Below are positions 1 to 8,286 of a stretch of 35,775 bases of DNA, in pieces. Under the pieces are notes generated by a model that worked only from the letters and a program-made list of their open reading frames with translations, was not told the DNA's origin and ran no database searches. Source of the DNA: Candidatus Woesearchaeota archaeon (GTDB lineage: Archaea > Nanobdellota > Nanobdellia > Woesearchaeales > B29-G15). Location of the stretch: assembly GCA_003650585.1 (NCBI GenBank), contig QMQS01000001.1, positions 1 through 35,775 on the forward strand, in the 5' to 3' direction. Numbering within the stretch: the stretch's first letter is position 1; each line of letters starts with the position of its first letter. Position numbers and translations under genes: made by a program.

Positions 1-40
1 AAATAATACTGTTAAATAAACCAAACTGAGGTGGTTAATT

Positions 41-763
41 GTGAATTTCATTAAGTGTATTGCTGAGGGTAAGGTTGATGAGTTCGCGCATAGGTGCTTT
101 GTGCGATATGGTATTGGTGAATACGAGAAAGAGCCATTGAAGATAATTAGAAGTGGCTCAGGTGTGAAACTGAGTGGTGGTTTTGAGTATGTGAATGCAT
201 TTCACAGGTTTCTTGCTCGACTCAACAATGGTGAGGTAACCATAAAAGGGGTTATCATAACGTCCAAAGAAATAACCTCGCTGCTTAAAACACTTGGTAT
301 AGAACCAATAGACATAAGCCAGCAAAGGATGAAGGGAACTTTCAAGTATGAATTATCACAAGAGGTTAAAGCAGGGGTGTATAAGGAGCTTGTTGAGAAG
401 CTGTATGATTGCTTCCTGCTTCTTAATGTTAGAACAGAGGATGCTAGGGTGCTCAAGGTCAAATCAACCAGCACACCAAAGATAGGCAAACCCACTCCAG
501 GGTTTGTAAGCTTGTTGCTTCTACCAGAGGATTTTGAAATTGTGGTAGCGGAGTTCTTGTTCGATGTGCCATTGGACGAGGCAATGAACGCAAGGAGGGT
601 TGAGATACTCCACACATATATTATTAATGAAATAGAGATACCCAAAGAGTATGAAAACGACCCGAAGATGGCAAGATTGAGGGGTATAAGAAAGGGTGAG
701 ATAAAGCGTAGTGTGAGTTTGGATGGTAAGCTATACCAAAGCACAATCCCTATGGAGGTCTGA
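41..763 (+). CDS. Hypothetical soluble protein, probably co-transcribed with metG
   Basis: 240-aa ORF with GTG start after a GAGGTG Shine-Dalgarno-like motif (28-33); ends 2 nt before the metG start; no catalytic motif recognised. Confidence 0.8.
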   Translation: MNFIKCIAEGKVDEFAHRCFVRYGIGEYEKEPLKIIRSGSGVKLSGGFEYVNAFHRFLARLNNGEVTIKGVIITSKEITSLLKTLGIEPIDISQQRMKGTFKYELSQEVKAGVYKELVEKLYDCFLLLNVRTEDARVLKVKSTSTPKIGKPTPGFVSLLLLPEDFEIVVAEFLFDVPLDEAMNARRVEILHTYIINEIEIPKEYENDPKMARLRGIRKGEIKRSVSLDGKLYQSTIPMEV

Positions 764-765
764 GA

Positions 766-2919
766 TTGAAAAAGGATAGAGTGCTTGTTACATCTGCATT
801 GCCGTATGTGAATAATGTCCCGCATTTGGGTAATCTTGTGTGCGTTATAAGTGCTGACGTATACGCCAGATACCTTAGACTTAAGGGTGAGAATGTTATC
901 TATGTGCTTGGTACAGACGAGCATGGCACTACCACAGAGACAAGGGCGCTCAAAGAGGGGCTCACCCCTAGAGAGGTTTGTGACAAATACGCAAAAATCC
1001 ATAAAAAGATTTATGATTGGTTTGAGTGTAGCCCAGATTGCTGGGGCAGGTCATCCTCCAAGCACAACCATGAGTTAACCAAGGATATCTTTCTCAAGTT
1101 GCTGAGGAATGGTTACATAATTGAGTCAGAAGTGGAGCAGGCATACTGTGAGAAGTGTCAGCGCTTCCTCTCTGACAGATACATATTCGGGGTTTGCCCT
1201 TTCTGCGGTTATGAGAATGCGCGCGGGGACCAGTGTGAGAAATGCGGTAAACTGCTGGAACCGAAGATGCTCTTGCAACCGAGGTGCGAGATATGCAGTA
1301 CTACCCCTGTATTCAAACGCTCAAAGCATCTCTTTATTGACCTGCCGAAGATAGAGCCAAAACTGAGAAAATGGATAGCAAAAAACGAGTCAAAGTGGAG
1401 TCTTAATGCAAGGACAATGACCCATGCATGGCTAAAGGAGGGGTTGCAACCGAGGTGCATTACAAGGGACCTCAAATGGGGCATCCCTGTGCCCTATAAG
1501 GGGTATGAGAACAAGGTGTTTTATTCATGGTTTGATGCGCCAATTGCTTACATATCAATAACAAAAGAGAACAGAACAGATTGGAGGGAGTGGTGGCTAA
1601 ACCCAGAAAGGGTCAACCTTGTACAGTTTATGGGTAAGGATAATATCCCATTCCACACGATACTCTTCCCTGCATCATTGATAGGCACAGGTGACAACTA
1701 CACATTGATGAATGAAATCTCAGTTAATGAGTACTTGAACTATGAGGGTGGTATGTTCTCGAAATCAAAGCATGTGGGTGTGTTTGGTGATGATGCCATT
1801 GATACGGGTATAAAGCCGGACGTGTACAGGTATTATATAATGGTTAATAGGCCCGAGAAAACAGATACAGAGTTTGCATGGGAGGATTTCATGGAGAAAA
1901 ACAACAATGAGCTTGTGGCAAACCTGGGCAATCTTGTTTACAGGACCACATCTTTTGTTTATAGGTTTATGAATGGCTTAGCTCCAAACCCAAAAAAGCC
2001 ATTACCCAAATATGCTCAAGAGTTTGTGAAAGAATGGAAAGCAATTGTTACAAAGATCGATAATGCACTTGCCAAAATCGAGTTGAAGAGGGCCTTGAGG
2101 GGTGTTATGGAACTCTCAAAACTGGGGAACAGATTCTTTCAAGAGCATCAACCCTGGAAGGGAATAAAAGAGAATCCTGATGAGGCAAACACAACCATTT
2201 ACTTGCTTATTAATCTTGTAAAGGATTTGGCCATTCTTGTGGCGCCGTACCTACCTGCAACCTCGTGTGGCATTCAAGAACAACTCAGAATTAGCGGTTT
2301 AAGCTGGGCTTCACTCTGCCAGCTGAGTATTGAGCCAGGGCATACAATAAGCAAGCCAAAGATATTGTTTGAGAAGATAGATAAGGCTAAAGTGGAGGAA
2401 CTTAAAGCCAGGTTTTCTGGTCAAGGCAAAGCTGAACACCCCCTGGCTAAATTAGAGCTTAGGGTTGCAGAGGTTTTGAGCGTGGTGGAGCATCCCAAAG
2501 CAGATAAATTATACATCCTAAAAATCAACCTAGGAAAAGAGCAAAGGCAGATAATTGCTGGTTTGAGGGGCCACATGCCAAAGGAGGATTTGGTTGGCAA
2601 GAGGATAGTTGTGGTTGCCAATCTTGAGCCAGCCACACTGAGGGGCGAAGAGAGCAATGGCATGCTACTTGCAGCAGTGAAGGGAAACCAGCTTAGAGTG
2701 CTTGAGGCTCCTAGGTCAAAACCTGGTATGCGTGTCTATGCTGAAGGTGTTGAGTTCAAAAGCGGGCTTGGTAGGATTACACTCAACGAGCTCAAGGAGG
2801 CAAAACTGGCTGTGGAGCAGGGTATGGTGGTTTCAAGGGCGAATGGCAAGCCCAAACCACTTCGCACCAAACATGAGCCAATCAAGGTGGATATGCCTGA
2901 TGGCTCTTCTGTGGAGTAA
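766..2919 (+). CDS. metG: Methionine--tRNA ligase with C-terminal tRNA-binding (Trbp111-like) domain
   Basis: TSALPYVNNVPHLGN (HIGH motif), GTDEHG, four CxxC zinc knuckles (CEKC, CPFC, CEKC, CEIC), WFDAPIAY, FMGKDNIPFH, MFSKS (KMSKS motif); C-terminal HPKADKLY...VANLEP...ESNGMLLAA OB-fold; TTG start. Confidence 0.98.
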   Translation: MKKDRVLVTSALPYVNNVPHLGNLVCVISADVYARYLRLKGENVIYVLGTDEHGTTTETRALKEGLTPREVCDKYAKIHKKIYDWFECSPDCWGRSSSKHNHELTKDIFLKLLRNGYIIESEVEQAYCEKCQRFLSDRYIFGVCPFCGYENARGDQCEKCGKLLEPKMLLQPRCEICSTTPVFKRSKHLFIDLPKIEPKLRKWIAKNESKWSLNARTMTHAWLKEGLQPRCITRDLKWGIPVPYKGYENKVFYSWFDAPIAYISITKENRTDWREWWLNPERVNLVQFMGKDNIPFHTILFPASLIGTGDNYTLMNEISVNEYLNYEGGMFSKSKHVGVFGDDAIDTGIKPDVYRYYIMVNRPEKTDTEFAWEDFMEKNNNELVANLGNLVYRTTSFVYRFMNGLAPNPKKPLPKYAQEFVKEWKAIVTKIDNALAKIELKRALRGVMELSKLGNRFFQEHQPWKGIKENPDEANTTIYLLINLVKDLAILVAPYLPATSCGIQEQLRISGLSWASLCQLSIEPGHTISKPKILFEKIDKAKVEELKARFSGQGKAEHPLAKLELRVAEVLSVVEHPKADKLYILKINLGKEQRQIIAGLRGHMPKEDLVGKRIVVVANLEPATLRGEESNGMLLAAVKGNQLRVLEAPRSKPGMRVYAEGVEFKSGLGRITLNELKEAKLAVEQGMVVSRANGKPKPLRTKHEPIKVDMPDGSSVE

Positions 2920-2928
2920 TGAGTAATA

Positions 2929-2944
2929 GAAAAATATATATATG
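2929..2944 (+). promoter_or_regulatory. Putative BRE/TATA promoter of the surface-protein operon
   Basis: GAAAAATATATATATG in the metG-2992 gap; GAGGT SD-like motif at 2978-2982 before ATG 2992. Confidence 0.6.
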
Positions 2945-2991
2945 TGGAACCTATTTTAGCAATTTGGATTTAACCCTGAGGTAATCGGGAA

Positions 2992-5130
2992 ATGAAAAGA
3001 AGAGGACAGGTTACAGTATACATTATTATAGCCCTTATAATTCTAATATCATTCTTGGTTCTTATCTACTTGAAGACAGGTATTAGAGGGGAGGAGGGAG
3101 AAGTTAGCACTGCAGTTGAGGAGGTGCCTGTCACATTCAAACCAATACAGCAGTATGTTGAGCACAACCTCCAATTGGCACTCCTCTCGGCAATCAAGAA
3201 TTTAGGCCAGCATGGTGGGTATGTTGACCCCTATACCTTTAGTCCACCCCCCAACTTGGACAACCCTACTGAAGCGATGGCGCTCAAGCCATTCCATTCT
3301 TCGACTAGGATATACCCTTACTGGTACTATATGGAATCCCCAAATTCCTGTGACAGCCATTGTTCCTTTAAAACCCTAATGCCTCCGCTCAGAAGCGAAT
3401 ACAAAGAGGGGGATCTAAGACCAAAGGATGATATGTCTATTGAGGCCCAGATAGATAGATATGTCAAAGCAAAACTCTCTGGCTTGGACTTCACCGATTT
3501 TAAGTTCCAGAACTTTGATGTGGTTAAACTGGCTGGACCAAAGGTCACAACCAGGATAGGCAAGGACAAGGTTTACGCAAGTGTGGTGTTCCCGCTTGAG
3601 GTTTCTAAAGAGGGTACAAGGGTGAGGCTGAGCAGCTTCAAGGCTAGTGTGCCAGTGGAACTCGAGAAAGTGTATGAGCTTGCTGGATTGATAACCAAGC
3701 ATGAACGCGACACACGGTTCATAGAGAGTTTTGTTGTTAACCTCCTGGGCACATACTCTGGCATTAACAAGGAGCGGTTGCCGCCTGTGGGGAGAACAGT
3801 TGAGTTCGGCACAAGCCCGGTGTATTGGCAACTTGATGATGTGAGGAATAAGGTCACAAGAGAGGTGTTGAGTAAGATATCTGGTATAAGTGTTAAGGGC
3901 ACTGCCAATTTCCACAACACAAACAACCAGTTCACAGGTGCAGTGGTCTCGCTTGGCGCCTCTAAGTTTGACGATATTGAGGTTTACTTTACCTTCCCTG
4001 ACACAAAACCATTTTATATGGCTATTAATGACCTCAGTAGTGGGTTTGTGGGTCCAAACACTATAACAAGGAATCTAATATTTTATAACTTTGTAATGAA
4101 TGAATATGCCTTTGCTTATGATCTATCTTTTCCAGTGCTTGTGACATTGAAACTGCCCAATGGGCTCAACAATGAGGATTACTTGTTCCAGTTTGCTTTA
4201 GAGGGTAACATCCGCTCCAATCAACCACTGTTTGAGGGTGCTAGCACCCTTAGCCCTGACACAGGGCACACAATGCTGTGTGATGAGGGACAAGAGCTCA
4301 GTGGTGATGTTGTAATCAGAACTAACACAAACGAGGGTCAACCGGTTGGGGATGTAGACCTCTACTACCATTGCGGTGGTGAGGGTTGCTACATTGGCAA
4401 GACAGACGCTACAGGCGTGCTTCACACAAAACTCCCTGTTTGTATTGGGGGTTTAATAGCTCCACTCAAGCAGCGCTATATAGGTGAGCCCGTGGAGTTT
4501 GATTCCTATCTTGACAAGCCAGGCCTAGTTACACTAACTCTAGATAAGACCAAGGCGTTTAAGCTTGAGGTTAACAAGCTGGTGTTTGAGCCAAGGGAGA
4601 CTTCATTTGGCTACAAATGGCCTCATGAATTGCCAGGGTTTCGTAGCTTGGGTTACACACCCAGGATTGAACCGTTGGAGGATGACGAAGAGGTCTTCGT
4701 TGTATTTAAGAGGATTGGCACGGGTGGCTTGACCACGTACCAATTCCCTGTGCAAGTGAAGGGAAGCGAAGCAGAGCTCCCAGAGGTTTTCCTTGCAGCA
4801 GGTGACTATGAGGTGCAAATGATGCTCATTAAGCACAGAGAGTTGGTCGTACCAGAGAACAAGTGTGGTCCTTTGAGCATAGGGTGCGTGCCCATGAACG
4901 AGACTGTGCTCAACTCTGTACAACTGGGTGGGGGCAATTTGAACGCCAACACTGGGTACTTCAAACTGCCATATGAATTGATGGACTCTGATAAGATTAC
5001 TCTGTATGCAGTTTATTTCAACATCTTTAGCATTCCGCAAGAAAATGTAAAACCAAAGGATTTGGGGGTTATATCAAGACTTGATGATTATTCGATGTAC
5101 TTTAGAAAATACAAACCGGGGTTTAGTTAA
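2992..5130 (+). CDS. Large class III signal peptide (type IV pilin-like) surface protein, paralog A1
   Basis: N-terminus MKRRG|QVTVYIIIALIILISFLVLIYL is basic-Gly|Gln followed by a hydrophobic helix; long extracellular region with Cys pairs; full-length similarity to 10911..12800. Confidence 0.85.
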   Translation: MKRRGQVTVYIIIALIILISFLVLIYLKTGIRGEEGEVSTAVEEVPVTFKPIQQYVEHNLQLALLSAIKNLGQHGGYVDPYTFSPPPNLDNPTEAMALKPFHSSTRIYPYWYYMESPNSCDSHCSFKTLMPPLRSEYKEGDLRPKDDMSIEAQIDRYVKAKLSGLDFTDFKFQNFDVVKLAGPKVTTRIGKDKVYASVVFPLEVSKEGTRVRLSSFKASVPVELEKVYELAGLITKHERDTRFIESFVVNLLGTYSGINKERLPPVGRTVEFGTSPVYWQLDDVRNKVTREVLSKISGISVKGTANFHNTNNQFTGAVVSLGASKFDDIEVYFTFPDTKPFYMAINDLSSGFVGPNTITRNLIFYNFVMNEYAFAYDLSFPVLVTLKLPNGLNNEDYLFQFALEGNIRSNQPLFEGASTLSPDTGHTMLCDEGQELSGDVVIRTNTNEGQPVGDVDLYYHCGGEGCYIGKTDATGVLHTKLPVCIGGLIAPLKQRYIGEPVEFDSYLDKPGLVTLTLDKTKAFKLEVNKLVFEPRETSFGYKWPHELPGFRSLGYTPRIEPLEDDEEVFVVFKRIGTGGLTTYQFPVQVKGSEAELPEVFLAAGDYEVQMMLIKHRELVVPENKCGPLSIGCVPMNETVLNSVQLGGGNLNANTGYFKLPYELMDSDKITLYAVYFNIFSIPQENVKPKDLGVISRLDDYSMYFRKYKPGFS

Positions 5131-8100
5131 ATGCGCACCAAAACAAGACTAGAGGCGTGGGCATTATGGATAGTTGCTTTTGTGTTGATGTCAGGGGTTG
5201 TTGAGGCCTCTGGCCACTTGTGGGATACAGTTATGTATGGGCAGGACCAGTTGCCCGGGTTCTTGCGTTCGTATGATAATTTCTATGCTGAGACTTATGC
5301 CGAGATTGATGGAGACTCAGAGATTACACCGGACCAGGTACGCTTTGGTCCATTAGAAACTCCGGCAGATATGTGCGTTTCTACCTTGGATGGGTACAAG
5401 TGTACTTTGAGTGTGAGTGACGAGGAATACTTGCCATCCCTTACGACTATACCAGTAAAGCTGTATGACGACTCTGGCCTGCTTGTGAATGAAACATTGT
5501 ATGACATTGTTGTGGACGGTTATGGTCCAGAGGTGGGTTTGTTGCTTGAGTCTGAGTTCACCAATGGGCAGCAGCCAGTGGTGGTAAACTACACTATCTT
5601 TGACACTGCCTTCCCAGATTCAGAGGTGTGCTCGGGCATAGGTGGCATCACAATTTCAATAGTTGGCGAAACAAATGAGACATTTGAGCTTAACCTTGAG
5701 GATTGCTTTGCTGAGGGGTCTGTGGAATTGGAGCTCAGCTCAGATGAGACATCATCTGAGGTGTGTGCTGTTGCCTATGATAGGTTGATGCAATCTGGGG
5801 CTTGGGAATGCGTGACTATTGGCATTGATTCAACCCTGCCTTATATACTCCCTGACTCACTCAGGTTTGAGTTTACTGACACCCCTGCTAACAATACCTT
5901 CCTTGCGCCAGGGGTTGCTTACCATGCTAATGTGTATGTGCGGGTTAATGAGAAGCATTTATCTGCCGAAGGGGTAACAGGCGATTTCTCAGCTGTAAAT
6001 TCGCAACAGAGCTCTTATGTGCTCAATGCAAGCGAGTGCTATCAGGTGGATGTTGATCTGTACGAGTGTGTGTTTGAGAATGTTGAGATTGTGTTGGGCT
6101 CAGAGAGCAATGTGGGGGTAGTAATTCAAGCAACAGACTTGGCAGGCAACACAGCCCAGTCCACGTTGTATTACTTGTTCATGCTGGATAGCACAGGCCC
6201 AGAGCCACTGAGCTTGATTATCAATGGTCAAGTGGGTGAGCCACAGTGGGTTGGCACGAGCATACCACTTGTTGAGGCAGACTTCTTGGAGGAGGGTGTT
6301 GGCTTGGTTGCCTCTCAAGTATACTTGGACCTCTCAAGTTTTGGCCTTGGTGAGGTGGCTGCAAACGATTGTTGGCAGCAAGACCAGGGTGTATGGCGTT
6401 GTACTTGGAATAATATCCAGATTGGAGCATCCACACAAGAGGAGGGTGTGATTGGCATTGGTTTGAGCACCACTGATGCAATCGGTAATCCCCTTGTTGG
6501 TGGGTTAAGCGTTACAGTACTGGTGGATTACTCACCACCAGAAATACTGAGCTTCAATCTCACTCAGCCAGAAGCGCCCTTCGAACTCCCGGACAATATG
6601 TACTTTGAGGGTATTCCTCTGGTGATGCACGCGAAAGTGCTTGAGGATAAGGAGCTTTTGAGTGTGCGCATTGACCCTGCTTGGATTAAGCTAATGGATA
6701 TATATAATGACACGAGTTTGATGGGCGGGCTAAACATCACAGCAAATGTTAGTTTGAATTTCACTGCTGATGTGAGCGAGTCTTGCAGTGCAGTTGGCGA
6801 TGGGATATGGGACTGCACCTATGTGCTAGAGTCTCCAGTGCCAGGGGTTTATGATGCGAGTTATGTGTTTGAGGATGCAGCTAAGAACCAGGTTATGCAA
6901 GAGAGTGACTTTACTGTGGTCGATTTGAGGCAGACAGAAACCCAATACTGGAATCTGGGTGAGGTTGAGAGAATGCCCTCTGCTGTGGATAGAAGCACTG
7001 CCCCATACATAAACCACCAGCTCTTGTTCCTTGTGCCACTTGTTAGGGTTGTTGGAGCAAGCTCAGGCGAATCCCAAGAGAGCTATTCACAACTCGATAC
7101 ACTGAGGGCACAGGGGTTGGACGTCAGCCCACCAGCCACAAGCGTGAGATTGCTTAAGGTATTGCTTGGCAATTGCTCTGGGGATACAAGTTATGTGTTG
7201 AGCAACACCATAGTTGATGGCTCTGATTTGGGCGAGTATCCATACATTGAGACAATACTGAAAAAAATGGAGATGCCATTGCGTGACCTCAATCTAACTT
7301 GCGAGATACAACTCTATTCACTTATCACTGCAGGTGAAGATGTCTGGGTGAATGAGAATCCAGAGGTAAAGTCTGTGGTGATGGAAATCCCCTTCTACGA
7401 TACAGAATTACCTAAAGAGGTTTTAGCCCAGAAGTTCGATGAGATTAAGCAGAGCACTGTTGTTAGGATGACTGACAACGAGTTGTTTAGGTTTGCCACT
7501 CAGATGGTAGAGTGGTCCAAGGTCGCTGCCAAAATGGACAATGCTTTACTACAAATTGCACAGGGATTAGAGGCCTTGGCTGGGTTGTGCCAGGGCTTGG
7601 CTTCTGGAGCAGACATCTGTGCCTTTGTTAGCACATTCTCACAAGGGGCAATGTCGTTACACGAGAGCGTGGCTCCGTTTATAGGTTGGCTCACTTGCGA
7701 TAAGACAATTGTGGGTGAGTTGATGCCTGATAGTGATTGGTACAAGACATGGAAGAACATGGGCATGTTCTTGGGTGGGGACTGGATGCTTGAGCAGGGT
7801 TACACAGAAGAGGAGATAACCAACCCGAAGAGGAGTCTTATAGCAAGCACTGCGATGCTATGCCTGCCGGGTATTGTAGACAACCTCAAACAGATGCGGG
7901 ATATAGAGTGTGGCTATGCATACTGCATACAAGAGGCATCCAAACTTGGAGTGCCATCAGATTATTGTAATGAGATTAGGGATTACGGTTGGTGTGTGGC
8001 TATGGGTGAAGAGGTACTGTACCTCATGCCGCTCCAGCATGTTTATAATGATGTTGCTGCAGCAGCGAACAGCGCCTTTACAAGCCCACTCCATTTGGTT

Positions 8101-8286
8101 GCAGAGGGTGCTGGGCTTATTTGTGAGTGGGGTGGCAATGTCGGGATTATGCAACATGTGTGCAACTTCATACTCATAGGCAAGATGCTCAATGGTGTCC
8201 AGATGGGGCTTGATGTGATTAACAATATGGCTGAGTACACAGCCCCAGTGGATTATTGTGCTCTATTGGAAAATGGTAACCAATAA
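5131..8286 (+). CDS. Large secreted acidic protein: Ig-like repeats plus C-terminal Cys-rich helical domain (B1)
   Basis: Signal peptide (ALWIVAFVLMSGVVEA); repeated D-x-x-x-P and D-x-x-GN Ig-like boundary motifs; many N-x-S/T sequons; C-terminal CLPGI...C...C-x8-C block. Confidence 0.85.
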   Translation: MRTKTRLEAWALWIVAFVLMSGVVEASGHLWDTVMYGQDQLPGFLRSYDNFYAETYAEIDGDSEITPDQVRFGPLETPADMCVSTLDGYKCTLSVSDEEYLPSLTTIPVKLYDDSGLLVNETLYDIVVDGYGPEVGLLLESEFTNGQQPVVVNYTIFDTAFPDSEVCSGIGGITISIVGETNETFELNLEDCFAEGSVELELSSDETSSEVCAVAYDRLMQSGAWECVTIGIDSTLPYILPDSLRFEFTDTPANNTFLAPGVAYHANVYVRVNEKHLSAEGVTGDFSAVNSQQSSYVLNASECYQVDVDLYECVFENVEIVLGSESNVGVVIQATDLAGNTAQSTLYYLFMLDSTGPEPLSLIINGQVGEPQWVGTSIPLVEADFLEEGVGLVASQVYLDLSSFGLGEVAANDCWQQDQGVWRCTWNNIQIGASTQEEGVIGIGLSTTDAIGNPLVGGLSVTVLVDYSPPEILSFNLTQPEAPFELPDNMYFEGIPLVMHAKVLEDKELLSVRIDPAWIKLMDIYNDTSLMGGLNITANVSLNFTADVSESCSAVGDGIWDCTYVLESPVPGVYDASYVFEDAAKNQVMQESDFTVVDLRQTETQYWNLGEVERMPSAVDRSTAPYINHQLLFLVPLVRVVGASSGESQESYSQLDTLRAQGLDVSPPATSVRLLKVLLGNCSGDTSYVLSNTIVDGSDLGEYPYIETILKKMEMPLRDLNLTCEIQLYSLITAGEDVWVNENPEVKSVVMEIPFYDTELPKEVLAQKFDEIKQSTVVRMTDNELFRFATQMVEWSKVAAKMDNALLQIAQGLEALAGLCQGLASGADICAFVSTFSQGAMSLHESVAPFIGWLTCDKTIVGELMPDSDWYKTWKNMGMFLGGDWMLEQGYTEEEITNPKRSLIASTAMLCLPGIVDNLKQMRDIECGYAYCIQEASKLGVPSDYCNEIRDYGWCVAMGEEVLYLMPLQHVYNDVAAAANSAFTSPLHLVAEGAGLICEWGGNVGIMQHVCNFILIGKMLNGVQMGLDVINNMAEYTAPVDYCALLENGNQ

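Noticed and set aside
202..1002. 266-aa minus-strand ORF
   Set aside because: Antisense shadow of 41..763 and metG, with Ser/Leu-rich non-protein-like composition.
5128..5133. In-frame TAA|ATG junction between 2992 and 5131, suggesting readthrough or a broken single gene
   Set aside because: 5131 has its own signal peptide, the paralog A2 ends at a comparable point, and the same junction type occurs between S27e and aIF2alpha; ordinary translational coupling explains it.
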